Below, in pieces: positions 1 to 8,446 of a stretch of DNA of 64,000 nucleotides. The position numbers were made by a program, and so were the translations under genes. The stretch is from positions 1 through 64,000 of the IMG/VR virus record IMGVR_UViG_3300032007_000048; one strand, given 5' to 3'. The stretch's first letter is position 1. Each line of letters opens with the position of its first letter. The stretch is from a virus (Duplodnaviria; Heunggongvirae; Uroviricota; Caudoviricetes). The notes beneath the pieces are model-generated. The model was not told the DNA's origin. It saw only the letters and a list, made by a program, of their open reading frames with translations, and did not search any database.

Positions 1-417
1 ACTATCTCTGACGATGCAATTAGGGAGGGCGTTGCTCATTTCGGCATCACACAATATCAGATAGATAATTGGCTAAAAAAACACATCAATGTCATGGAGC
101 AGAAACCTACAGAATGGGGTGAGGAGGATAAAGATTTATTGCTGAGCACTAAATGCATAATTGATGAAGTATGGCACTCTGAAAATACTTTTGGTTATTC
201 AAAAGAAGAGTTAGAAGAAATTTGGAATTGGCTTAATGTGGCTTGGACTAGATTAGAATATCCGAAAGAAAATGATGAGTGGAGTGAGGATGACCTAAAC
301 AGGATTAGAAATCTTATTTTCCTTGTTGAAAACAGTAACGAAGGTAGTGAAACAAAGAAAAATTTTGTAAAATTTCTTCAACGTTTATATATAAAGTCAC
401 AAATAAAAAAAATATAA
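1..417 (+). CDS. hypothetical protein, 5' end probably outside window
   Basis: ORF 94..417 (107 aa). The same frame is open from nt 1 (TISDDAIREGVAHFGITQYQIDNWLKKHINV precedes the Met), so the true start may lie upstream of the window. Confidence 0.4.
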   Translation, partial: TISDDAIREGVAHFGITQYQIDNWLKKHINVMEQKPTEWGEEDKDLLLSTKCIIDEVWHSENTFGYSKEELEEIWNWLNVAWTRLEYPKENDEWSEDDLNRIRNLIFLVENSNEGSETKKNFVKFLQRLYIKSQIKKI

Positions 418-419
418 CT

Positions 420-608
420 ATGGCAAAAGAGAAAAAATTTTATGGTGTTAAGGAACTTGATGGTATGATTTGGAAAACCGAATTGGATGCCAAAGCAGTA
501 AAAGCGATATTTCACGAAGGTGCTGGTTGTGAAATGGGTACGGATGAAATCGTGATAGAATTCAACAATTATACAACGATTACCGTGGACAGAATAATTT
601 GTGAATAA
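420..608 (+). CDS. hypothetical small early protein
   Basis: 62-aa ORF tightly packed (2-nt gap) in a same-strand block; no motif recognised. Confidence 0.35.
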   Translation: MAKEKKFYGVKELDGMIWKTELDAKAVKAIFHEGAGCEMGTDEIVIEFNNYTTITVDRIICE

Positions 609-617
609 CATAACTGT

Positions 618-1046
618 ATGGATGATATAGAACAACAAATACTCGACTTGCTAAACCGCAATTACAGCAATATTACATTTGATACTCGCCTATACGAATT
701 ATTTTGTAAGCAGGATGAGGCTGTCAAGCAATACATCAAGGTAGGAAGAAAGTTTTGGCATTATGACGGTGAAAAAATGGCATGGAGAAAATTAACTGTC
801 ACATATGTTAGGTCTAATGTCATGTTTTTTACTTTTGATGATGAGCCTGATGTGGAACATGCTTGGTTTATGGGTAGTATGAATTGTTTGATGATGCATG
901 TTGCGGAAATATACCCGTATGAGATTGGGAATATCCTTTCTGAGTGGTATCCTGAGACAGCAAACGATTTTCCTGACATTTGCAAGCAATGCAAGTGGGA
1001 TGACTGTGATGGGGAAATAACAGTGGAAGTAATTTGGGAAAAATAA
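618..1046 (+). CDS. hypothetical protein
   Basis: 142-aa ORF in same-strand block; no motif recognised. Confidence 0.45.
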   Translation: MDDIEQQILDLLNRNYSNITFDTRLYELFCKQDEAVKQYIKVGRKFWHYDGEKMAWRKLTVTYVRSNVMFFTFDDEPDVEHAWFMGSMNCLMMHVAEIYPYEIGNILSEWYPETANDFPDICKQCKWDDCDGEITVEVIWEK

Positions 1047-1068
1047 AATTAGGGGCAACTGTTCATTT

Positions 1069-1084
1069 TGGCACGTTTTTTGTA
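1069..1084 (+). promoter_or_regulatory. sigma-54-like -24/-12 motif (TGGCACG-N4-TTGTA)
   Basis: tggcacgttttttgta lies 39 nt upstream of ATG 1123. Confidence 0.4.
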
Positions 1085-1122
1085 GATAGTGAACTACCAA
1101 TAAATTAAAAACTAAGAAAATT

Positions 1123-1380
1123 ATGGAGAAAAAGTTTTATCCGGTATTTAGTGTGGACATTTGTTTCACCGGTTATGCGATGCACTATGTTCTTATTGGT
1201 GCGGAGAGTGTGGAAGATTTGATTGCCCATATTCATGACATTCTAACAGATAATGACCTTGATTATGGTACTGTAAGTGTTGATGAACTTGCTTATGAGA
1301 CTTCTAGGTTTGAAGAAGTAAAGAATATGTACACTGATAAACCTTATGTTGTTCTTGACAGATATTCTTATTATGAATAA
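1123..1380 (+). CDS. hypothetical protein
   Basis: 85-aa ORF preceded by sigma-54-like motif at 1069..1084. Confidence 0.4.
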   Translation: MEKKFYPVFSVDICFTGYAMHYVLIGAESVEDLIAHIHDILTDNDLDYGTVSVDELAYETSRFEEVKNMYTDKPYVVLDRYSYYE

Positions 1381-1434
1381 TAAAAATTTAAAAGATAAGG
1401 ATTTATGAATAATAAAAATTTAAAAGATAAGGAT
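1373..1434 (+). repeat. 30-nt perfect direct repeat x2 (atgaataataaaaatttaaaagataaggat)
   Basis: Copies at 1373..1402 and 1405..1434. The first overlaps the stop of gene 1123..1380 out of frame; the second is the start of gene 1405..1650. Confidence 0.8.
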
Positions 1435-1650
1435 GTTAAAGTTGGATTGAGAATTAAATTCGCAATGCCAACAAAGTGGTGTCAGGTCGTTGACAGTTCC
1501 CCATTTATTTGGTTTAAAGGGAGAATTATTGAGCATCACAATGAAATGATTATAGTATGTGGTAAAAATAGGAAACACAAGATGTATCTTGATAGAATAA
1601 TGTGCTTTTCCAAAAACGGAGAATATCATAGAATAAAAAAACAAAAATGA
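1405..1650 (+). CDS. hypothetical protein
   Basis: 81-aa ORF; its first 30 nt are a perfect copy of 1373..1402. Confidence 0.4.
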   Translation: MNNKNLKDKDVKVGLRIKFAMPTKWCQVVDSSPFIWFKGRIIEHHNEMIIVCGKNRKHKMYLDRIMCFSKNGEYHRIKKQK

Positions 1651-2123
1651 TGGAAGAAGATTATGTAAGTTTTGAGATAGCCAAACTCTTGAAAGAGAAA
1701 GGATTTAAACGTTGGTGGTGTTATAAGAGTTATGGTACCGCGGTATATTATAAAGGTGTACCTTTAAGTGTTGATGAAGAATATGACCTAATATCAAAAG
1801 GTCATAAGAATGAAATTGAATACGTTGAAGGTGGGTATCTTTATGATTTCGGTAGTAACAATAATGATGATGACACGAAGGCATGGGCTGCTCCTACTCT
1901 TCAAAGGGCGATGAAATGGCTGAGGGAAATACATCATTACTATATTCAAGTAATGCTTGATTCTTGGGCTTGTGGAGGACATACAGGTTACTATGTTGTA
2001 ATTCAAAGAACTGACAATGATTTTGAAATGATGCTACAAGATGCTGTTGATGAGGTTTTTTATCAAACTTATGAGGAAGCCTGTGAAGCGGCAATTAGAT
2101 ATTGTTTAGAAAATTTGATTTGA
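1647..2123 (+). CDS. hypothetical protein, tandem paralog 1
   Basis: 158 aa. N-terminus MMEEDYVSFEIAKLLKEKGF and C-terminus YEEACEAAIRYCLENLI are shared with the next gene. Confidence 0.5.
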   Translation: MMEEDYVSFEIAKLLKEKGFKRWWCYKSYGTAVYYKGVPLSVDEEYDLISKGHKNEIEYVEGGYLYDFGSNNNDDDTKAWAAPTLQRAMKWLREIHHYYIQVMLDSWACGGHTGYYVVIQRTDNDFEMMLQDAVDEVFYQTYEEACEAAIRYCLENLI

Positions 2124-2125
2124 CT

Positions 2126-2509
2126 ATGATTGAAGAAGATTACGTTTCTTTCGAAACAGCCAAACTCCTTAAAGAAAAGGGGTTTGACATAATGGGTTAT
2201 GCCTCAATAAAAGTATTTGGTGGAAACACATATGAAGTAAACGAGGAATGGATAACTCCTACAGAAGACACTATAATTCCAACTCTCCAGATGGCAATGA
2301 AGTGGTTGAGGGAAATGCATCATATTGTCATTACGACAAATTATGCAAATATTTGTGGACTTGGATTTACATATGTCGCATCTGTTATTAAGATAAATGA
2401 CAATCATGAAATAGAAGAAGGCCCTGGTTTGAATGCTTGCATGTACGGTGCTTCTTATGAGGAAGCTTGTGAAGCAGCGATTAGATATTGTTTAGAAAAT
2501 TTGATTTAA
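2126..2509 (+). CDS. hypothetical protein, tandem paralog 2
   Basis: ORF track starts at 2102; the paralog alignment suggests the real start is ATG 2126 (MIEEDYVSFETAKLLKEKGF). The last ~55 nt are nearly identical to the 3' end of 1647..2123. Confidence 0.5.
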   Translation: MIEEDYVSFETAKLLKEKGFDIMGYASIKVFGGNTYEVNEEWITPTEDTIIPTLQMAMKWLREMHHIVITTNYANICGLGFTYVASVIKINDNHEIEEGPGLNACMYGASYEEACEAAIRYCLENLI

Positions 2510-2512
2510 AAT

Positions 2513-2749
2513 ATGTGTGATATTGAATTTCCGCATTTTGGCGCATCATATCCTGATGCCCATTGCATAGATGGTTATCTGTATGACATGGATTCTTATG
2601 AAAATGGTTTCTACACCATTGGTGGTGATGACCCATGTCCTTTTTGTAATACAGAGGAATGGTTAAAAGATGTTCTTGATGACGAAATCTTTGAGACAAA
2701 GGAAGAAGCACTTGAATGGGTAGAGAAAATGAGAAAAAAATATGAGTAA
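2513..2749 (+). CDS. hypothetical small Cys-containing protein
   Basis: 78-aa ORF with CPFC motif. Confidence 0.4.
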   Translation: MCDIEFPHFGASYPDAHCIDGYLYDMDSYENGFYTIGGDDPCPFCNTEEWLKDVLDDEIFETKEEALEWVEKMRKKYE

Positions 2750-2770
2750 TTGTCACAAAAATGATTAGTT

Positions 2771-2786
2771 TGGCATGAACTTTGTA
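2771..2786 (+). promoter_or_regulatory. sigma-54-like -24/-12 motif (TGGCATG-N4-TTGTA)
   Basis: tggcatgaactttgta lies 38 nt upstream of ATG 2824. Confidence 0.4.
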
Positions 2787-2823
2787 TGTATAGAAAAGTG
2801 TTATTTAAAAATAATGTGGAAAC

Positions 2824-3060
2824 ATGGTTACGGAAAAGCGATTAATATCTGTGTATAATAAGGTTCTTGAATATGAAAACAAATTATCAGGCGCATTGGG
2901 TGAACTTGGAAAACTTGTAAGTTCAATTTATGACGAGGAGATAACAGCAGACCTTTGTAACGATGGTGAGATAGAATTTCGCAAACTTTTTAGTCGTGAT
3001 GAAGATAAAATTGCTATTCGAATTGAAGATGTTATTGCAAAATTGAAGAAAATTGATTAG
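2824..3060 (+). CDS. hypothetical protein
   Basis: 78-aa ORF preceded by sigma-54-like motif 2771..2786; TAG stop. Confidence 0.4.
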   Translation: MVTEKRLISVYNKVLEYENKLSGALGELGKLVSSIYDEEITADLCNDGEIEFRKLFSRDEDKIAIRIEDVIAKLKKID

Positions 3061-3062
3061 TT

Positions 3063-3078
3063 TAGCACGGATTTTGTA
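3063..3078 (+). promoter_or_regulatory. sigma-54-like -24/-12 motif (TAGCACG-N4-TTGTA)
   Basis: tagcacggattttgta lies 35 nt upstream of ATG 3113. Confidence 0.35.
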
Positions 3079-3112
3079 AGTATGGAAAGTGTTTACAAAA
3101 AAAATATAAATT

Positions 3113-3400
3113 ATGACAATTAAAGACATTTTGGAACTTGGTTTTGGTATTGATTTTAATACCCTATCTTTCAATCTCATCAAAGATGATTTTGATAGTA
3201 AAACAACTGTAAACGATGTTAAGAACATGTTGGAAAACTACCCAATCACTATTTCTAAAGAGTACTTCAGTAAAGAGGACGAGGCTTTTGTTGATGAGGT
3301 GTTTGACCCTAATGATTTTATGATTGAAGATATGCTTGTACAACTATTTATTAGTGATGAAGATGAACTAAGTGATGAAGATGAACTAATCGACTGTTAA
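3113..3400 (+). CDS. hypothetical acidic protein
   Basis: 95-aa ORF preceded by sigma-54-like motif 3063..3078; acidic C-terminus. Confidence 0.4.
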   Translation: MTIKDILELGFGIDFNTLSFNLIKDDFDSKTTVNDVKNMLENYPITISKEYFSKEDEAFVDEVFDPNDFMIEDMLVQLFISDEDELSDEDELIDC

Positions 3401-3426
3401 AATTTGGAATATTAATAATTATTTTG

Positions 3427-3434
3427 TATATTTG
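3427..3434 (+). promoter_or_regulatory. Bacteroidetes-type -7 box TATATTTG with TTTG at -33 (3403..3406)
   Basis: ttttgtatatttgtaaaaaa is the reverse complement of the core of the minus-strand promoter element seen at 28580, 30311 and 31591. Confidence 0.4.
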
Positions 3435-3469
3435 TAAAAAAGATACTATTTATATATAAACATAGTATT

Positions 3470-3580
3470 TTTATAGAGGTGAAGGACTATAAAAATAAGA
3501 ATTATGGAAATCTAACGGATTGCAGTTATAGTATCCCTCCTTCACATTATGGTACTGACTGTTTTCCGTTTTTTTTTTAT
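3470..3580 (+). ncRNA. structured leader or small RNA candidate ending in a U-tract
   Basis: Long imperfect hairpin (gtgaagg...ccttcac outer stem 3479..3485 / 3539..3545, inner stem ctata/tatag), followed by a tttttttttt run at 3569..3579. It lies between the promoter at 3427 and the MTase start at 3613. Confidence 0.3.
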
Positions 3581-3612
3581 TGAAATTATTATACTAAAAA
3601 TGTTAAACAAAA

Positions 3613-4875
3613 ATGAAAACATTTAATAACCCAAACATCAAAGTTCCGCAGGGATTTGAACTCTTCTTCAACACTCTTACGGGTAATTGGGCACTCCGCC
3701 CCGTGAAGGGTTATTCTACCATCTACTATAAGAAGGATACATTTGTTCCGAAGAAGAAAGAAGAAGGGGCGAAAATCTTTTCCGAAGAAGAAGTAGAGGA
3801 GAAGAGCACAAGGAACTCCAATCTTACAAAGGCAAAGAAAGCAAAGAATGACGAATTTTACACTCGTCTTGCCGACATCGTGGATGAACTCAAACATTAT
3901 GAAGAACACTTTAAGGGTAAAGTAATCTATTGCCCTTGCGACAAGTTGTTCAATGAGGGACAGAGCAATTTCGGCAGGTATTTTATCTGCAAGTTTCATA
4001 AACTTGGGGTTAAGAAACTTATCTGTACCCAATGGAATCCCAATGGTGTCGGTGTGGTAAAGGAGTACGATTTTGAGAAGTGCGGAATCAAGTGGGAATA
4101 CAACGGAGAGAAAGAGGATAGTGAATATGTTGATGAAAGCGACATTGATACCTATTTCCTCAAGGGCAACGGCTCGTTTGATAGCGACGAGTGCAAGGAG
4201 ATTATGAGGAACTGCGACATCGTAGTAACGAATCCTCCGTTCAGTCTGTTCCGTCAGTTTGTGGAACAGATTATGACGATGGGTAAGAAATTCATCATTG
4301 TCGGCAACCACTCCGCAATCACCTATAAGGAGATTTTCCCTTACCTTAAAGACAATAAGATGTGGCTCGGCTACAAACCTCTCGGTGGAGAAATGTATTT
4401 CCACATTACTGACGAGTACAAGGAAGAAATCGTCAAGACGAAGAAAGAAGGAACTGGTTGGGTAGAGATTGGCGGAGAAGTTATGGCGAGGGTTACACAA
4501 GCTTGTTGGTTTACCAACCTTGAGCATAGCAAAAGAAGGGCGTTCATCGGCCTGACAAAGAAGTACAACCCTACTGACTATCCTAAATACGATAACTATG
4601 ATGCTATTGAGGTTGGCAGGGTTGAGGATATTCCGAAGGACTATGATGGGGTGATAGGTGTTCCTATTACTTATTTTGGCAAACACAATCCCAATCAATT
4701 TGAAGTCATTGGAATTACCGAAAAGTCTGAAGATATGAAGTCTCTATATATAGAAGGTAACGAAAAATATGATAGGCCATATCTAAATGGCAAAAGAATG
4801 ACTGCAAGGCTTCTCATTCGTAAGGTCAAAGAACTCCCTACAGAGGAAAAAGTAAAACCTCTGATGGAATCATAA
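3613..4875 (+). CDS. DNA amino-methyltransferase (N6-adenine or N4-cytosine), gamma-class like
   Basis: 420 aa. DIVVTNPPFS matches amino-MTase motif IV ((D/N/S)PP(Y/F) after a hydrophobic strand). Motif I is not clearly recognisable. Confidence 0.55.
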   Translation: MKTFNNPNIKVPQGFELFFNTLTGNWALRPVKGYSTIYYKKDTFVPKKKEEGAKIFSEEEVEEKSTRNSNLTKAKKAKNDEFYTRLADIVDELKHYEEHFKGKVIYCPCDKLFNEGQSNFGRYFICKFHKLGVKKLICTQWNPNGVGVVKEYDFEKCGIKWEYNGEKEDSEYVDESDIDTYFLKGNGSFDSDECKEIMRNCDIVVTNPPFSLFRQFVEQIMTMGKKFIIVGNHSAITYKEIFPYLKDNKMWLGYKPLGGEMYFHITDEYKEEIVKTKKEGTGWVEIGGEVMARVTQACWFTNLEHSKRRAFIGLTKKYNPTDYPKYDNYDAIEVGRVEDIPKDYDGVIGVPITYFGKHNPNQFEVIGITEKSEDMKSLYIEGNEKYDRPYLNGKRMTARLLIRKVKELPTEEKVKPLMES

Positions 4876-4933
4876 AATTTGGTACGATAATTGCAATATA
4901 CTTTATCAATATTAACAATTAAAATTTATTATT

Positions 4934-6319
4934 ATGACAAAGAGAAGAAAAAACATTGGTTTTTATGTTTATGAAGATTTTAACACTGATTCCGTTGCTA
5001 TTGAAGATAGGAATGACATTACCCTTGAGGAACTTGCAGAAGGGTACATTGACAATTCCGAAAACATTGAAGGAGGCGTTTTTGCGTGGAATGGCAAACT
5101 CAATATTCGTCCGAAATTTCAAAGAGCTTATGTTGTTGAAAATAATGAGGTGTGGAAGGCAGCTCTTGCGAGGAGTGTTGTTAACGGTCAACCAATAGGT
5201 ACAATCTATTTTGGTGAAACTGAAGAGGGTAAAAAGTATATCAATATTGATGGCCAACAGAGGCTTATGACCCTTCTATCATTCATTAACGGTCAAGATA
5301 CCATTAAAATGTTTGATGGAACAAAAGATAAAGATGTGATGTTTGAAGAACTTTCTGATAAAATGCAGAGAAGGTTTAAACTGTATCGACCGTCTATCAA
5401 GATTTGTAGAGGTACAGAAAAAGCACTCCTAGAGTGGTTCAAGACTATCAATCAACCCACAACTGTTCTTACCCCACAAGAACTGCGTAATGCTGCTTTC
5501 AATGGAATGTGGTGTGAACATATCAAGATGTATTTCTCAAAAGTCAAGGCATCTGCAACTGCAACTGAATATAATGCAGATTTTCTCTATAAGGGTGGCG
5601 AATATTTTTATGGTGATTTTTCCCTCCCTCTTGACCCTACAAGACAGGATGTTCTTGAAATGGCACTCGATTGGGCATCTATGCAAGTATTCGGTGTTAA
5701 TGCTGACCTTACAAAAGATGAACGAATTGAGTCTTATATGGCTATGTATGCGAACCCTGAAATATCTGTAAATGTTGAAGATAATGGAACTGACCTCGTT
5801 AATCGTTATAAGGCGGTTATAGATTGGGCAAGAAAGATGTTTTGTTCTGAGTATCTTGACCAAAAATGTGCAAAGAACGTTGAATGGGGTCGTCTTTATG
5901 CAACATATGGTGAAAATGAATATGACATCGTGAAACTCAATGCTGATGTTGACAAATATATTATGGATGAGGAAGTTACTGCTAACTCAGCTGTTTTTGA
6001 GTATGCATTGATGGGCTGCCCTATAGAGAAGCGCAGTATGCTTGTTCTCCGTTCTTTCAAAGTACCCGAAAAGATGAAGATGTATAAGATGCAGGGCGGA
6101 ATTGACCCCATTGATGGTTGTAAATATAAATTTGAAGATATGGATGCACATCACATTGTTGCGTGGGAAAATGGGGGTAAAACTGAAATTTCAAACGGCG
6201 TAATGATTTCCAAAACCAACCACAAGAAGGTTCTTCATGCAGAACTGACATATAATGCTGAACAGATTCGTCAGAAACGAGATGAACTTATTGAAAGGAT
6301 AAAATCCACCAAAAATTAA
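4934..6319 (+). CDS. DUF262/DUF1524 (GmrSD-like) nuclease
   Basis: 461 aa. The N-terminal DGQQR motif (NIDGQQRLMTLL) is typical of the DUF262 ParB-like domain. The C-terminal HHIVAWENGG...N...H HNH-like motif is typical of DUF1524. Confidence 0.65.
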   Translation: MTKRRKNIGFYVYEDFNTDSVAIEDRNDITLEELAEGYIDNSENIEGGVFAWNGKLNIRPKFQRAYVVENNEVWKAALARSVVNGQPIGTIYFGETEEGKKYINIDGQQRLMTLLSFINGQDTIKMFDGTKDKDVMFEELSDKMQRRFKLYRPSIKICRGTEKALLEWFKTINQPTTVLTPQELRNAAFNGMWCEHIKMYFSKVKASATATEYNADFLYKGGEYFYGDFSLPLDPTRQDVLEMALDWASMQVFGVNADLTKDERIESYMAMYANPEISVNVEDNGTDLVNRYKAVIDWARKMFCSEYLDQKCAKNVEWGRLYATYGENEYDIVKLNADVDKYIMDEEVTANSAVFEYALMGCPIEKRSMLVLRSFKVPEKMKMYKMQGGIDPIDGCKYKFEDMDAHHIVAWENGGKTEISNGVMISKTNHKKVLHAELTYNAEQIRQKRDELIERIKSTKN

Positions 6320-6333
6320 AAACAATAAAGCAT

Positions 6334-6681
6334 ATGAAAGAAGAACAAAGAAGAAGAATTGCAAGAGAATATCTTGAAAAAAATTTTGGTAAGTATGGTG
6401 TAAGATTTTACTCTTTTAATGATGTCACACTGCCTATTAGTAAACCACCATTTGAACTTTGGAAATGTTATGAATCAATGGAACCAGGTTCTTGGGAATC
6501 AAGGGCATTTCGTGTTATTGACGCTCCTTATATATCAAATTCAAGTAATCCTGTTATAATTGTTTCTGACAACAAAGAAGAGTTGTTTGAAATCGCTAAA
6601 ATCGTTATTTCCGAAGAAAGATGGGAAACGGGTTCACCTGAATTTGATAGATTTAAAAACTACTATGTTATGTTTGATTAA
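6334..6681 (+). CDS. hypothetical protein
   Basis: 115-aa ORF; last gene of the block before terminator 6704..6737. Confidence 0.45.
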   Translation: MKEEQRRRIAREYLEKNFGKYGVRFYSFNDVTLPISKPPFELWKCYESMEPGSWESRAFRVIDAPYISNSSNPVIIVSDNKEELFEIAKIVISEERWETGSPEFDRFKNYYVMFD

Positions 6682-6703
6682 AAATATTACTATTTAATAA
6701 TAA

Positions 6704-6737
6704 AAGCCGTAGATGTTTATTCTACGGCTTTATTTTT
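6704..6737. terminator. bidirectional intrinsic terminator between convergent blocks
   Basis: Stem agccgtaga / tctacggct with 7-nt loop, flanked by A-run and T-run. Confidence 0.6.
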
Positions 6738-6796
6738 AAAAGGGACTCTACAAATGCTATATATTATTTTGGGGAAAACAGTATACTCGTTTACAC

Positions 6797-7507
6797 CTAG
6801 TTATCCTGTTTAGCAATAAAAGCGAACCTATAACAATTGGCACCTTTGTGATTGATGTCGTTTTTCTCATAGAAAGAAGGTGATGTGCCTTCCATTGGAA
6901 CGCAGAAGTCACCTGCTGTAAGTCCATTATACAACTCACAAGTTCCGCCTTTAACAAAGTTTCTCTCAAATGCTTTCACATCAGCGATGTCCTCATCGTC
7001 AAGACCGCTGTAATCACCGTTGACAAGTGCGTTTAATGCCCACTCAGGGACAATGACATCATAATAGTTTTCACCGAATTTTGAAAGTTCCTCATCTGAG
7101 ATGTTATCAAATTGGTTTCCACTAAGGAAATCCTCATTAATCACCTCAGTGAGACATTCCTTGATAAGCGAGTTAAGTTTAGACTCAGACACCCTGATTT
7201 TAGACTCATTAAAGTAACCGTCAGAGGGTTGGAAATTTCCGTATTGTTCTTGGTATTCCCTGTTCAATTTGTCGGCATATTTCCAAGCGATTTCCTCGTT
7301 GTTTGTTGTTTTGATGATATCAAAATCGTCTATGGTATAGGATTTGTTCTCAATATATCTGCCGTTAGCGTCAAACATATCAGATGACAAGACATTATAA
7401 GTGCCACCGTCATCCACCACATAATATCTCACTAAAGATTCTTTTAGGATTTTTTTGACGGATTCCATTACCATATATTGTATATCGTTTTCAGTGAACT
7501 TTGCCAT
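6797..7507 (-). CDS. hypothetical protein carrying the shared N-terminal motif
   Basis: 236 aa. N-terminus ENDIQYMVMESVKKILKE matches the recurrent motif (see findings). Confidence 0.5.
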   Translation of the reverse strand: MAKFTENDIQYMVMESVKKILKESLVRYYVVDDGGTYNVLSSDMFDANGRYIENKSYTIDDFDIIKTTNNEEIAWKYADKLNREYQEQYGNFQPSDGYFNESKIRVSESKLNSLIKECLTEVINEDFLSGNQFDNISDEELSKFGENYYDVIVPEWALNALVNGDYSGLDDEDIADVKAFERNFVKGGTCELYNGLTAGDFCVPMEGTSPSFYEKNDINHKGANCYRFAFIAKQDN

Positions 7508-7508
7508 A

Positions 7509-8225
7509 CTAGTTACCCATTAAATAAACATTTATTTGTGACGCGTAGATTTGCATTTGTTTGATAACATCCCTTGATGTTGGTGTTATCCCATCTTCAT
7601 TGGTTTTGAAAATCACACCCAAACAAGCGGTTGGCAAACCGTTTTTACCATGCATGACAAACATACCCATGTAGGCGACATCCTCATTTTTAAGCCTGTA
7701 ATACAGTTCAGGGTCACTTTCCATACAGTCCTCAATAGGACCGAACCAATAACCGTGTTCTATGACATATGATGCCCATGGGTATCTTGATAGTCTGAAA
7801 TTCTTATATTCGGACTCAATATAGTCATATCTGTTTCTTGGGTCCATATAAGTAAGGTCTGCATATAAAAACGGAAGATTGTTAAGGTTTGTGCCACCAT
7901 TGTGTGCCTCAAGAATATATGCCCTGTCAGCGTTGACTGATGTCCTGAAATCAGCAAGAAGAACACGTATATGTGGGTCTGCCTCCAATCTTTGTTTTAT
8001 TCCTTCCTCGTGTTTTTCGATATTGTACTCTTGGAATTTCTCAAAAACAACGCCAGGATTAAGAACGAAAAAACCTATACAAGCGGCCACAAACATTATG
8101 AGTAATGTTGAGAATGTGCCTTTCAAACCATGTTTGTCAATAAAACCCCTGAAGCTTCTCATGTTACCAATTTGCTCGTCCATTTGCTCATTGGTGGTTT
8201 TCATTTTGTTATAAATCTCTTCCAT
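7509..8225 (-). CDS. hypothetical membrane-anchored protein
   Basis: 238 aa; one predicted N-terminal TM helix (FSTLLIMFVAACIGFFVL). Confidence 0.45.
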   Translation of the reverse strand: MEEIYNKMKTTNEQMDEQIGNMRSFRGFIDKHGLKGTFSTLLIMFVAACIGFFVLNPGVVFEKFQEYNIEKHEEGIKQRLEADPHIRVLLADFRTSVNADRAYILEAHNGGTNLNNLPFLYADLTYMDPRNRYDYIESEYKNFRLSRYPWASYVIEHGYWFGPIEDCMESDPELYYRLKNEDVAYMGMFVMHGKNGLPTACLGVIFKTNEDGITPTSRDVIKQMQIYASQINVYLMGN

Positions 8226-8445
8226 ATTTCTTAACTATTAATGCTTGTATACCAATTATTGTTAAAATAAGGGCTACCAACACTATTATGCCCAAAACAG
8301 GTTTAGCACTTATAAGCATACCCACCAAGAAAAACAACGTGAAAATAATGCCAAGTGTCGCCACACAGATTAAAAGGTTTCTCAAAAACTTTTTCCAACC
8401 GATACCTTTAAAAAAACCAACCAAAAATTTAAAAAATCTCTTCAT
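8209..8445 (-). CDS. small two-TM membrane protein (holin-like candidate)
   Basis: 78 aa with two hydrophobic helices. The holin assignment is only by size and topology. Confidence 0.35.
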   Translation of the reverse strand: MKRFFKFLVGFFKGIGWKKFLRNLLICVATLGIIFTLFFLVGMLISAKPVLGIIVLVALILTIIGIQALIVKKYGRDL

Positions 8446-8446
8446 A

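Noticed and set aside
378-638. Opposite-strand ORFs nested inside larger genes (for example 378..638, 761..1100, 3589..4698, 24790..25056 and many others in the track)
   Set aside because: They overlap well-supported genes on the other strand inside uniform strand blocks, are low-complexity or hydrophobic by AT bias, and have no start context.
3479-3546. Possible tRNA (7-bp acceptor-like stem gtgaagg / ccttcac)
   Set aside because: It is only 68 nt long. It has no T-arm with a GTTC-like loop, no D-arm of plausible geometry and no CCA context. It folds better as one long imperfect hairpin, so it is called a structured leader instead.
8209-8445. Firm holin call for the 78-aa two-TM protein
   Set aside because: Several other small TM proteins exist (28625..28858, 62729..62935, 14012..14431), and none is adjacent to the endolysin at 47727. 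Topology alone cannot decide, so it is kept as a low-confidence candidate only.
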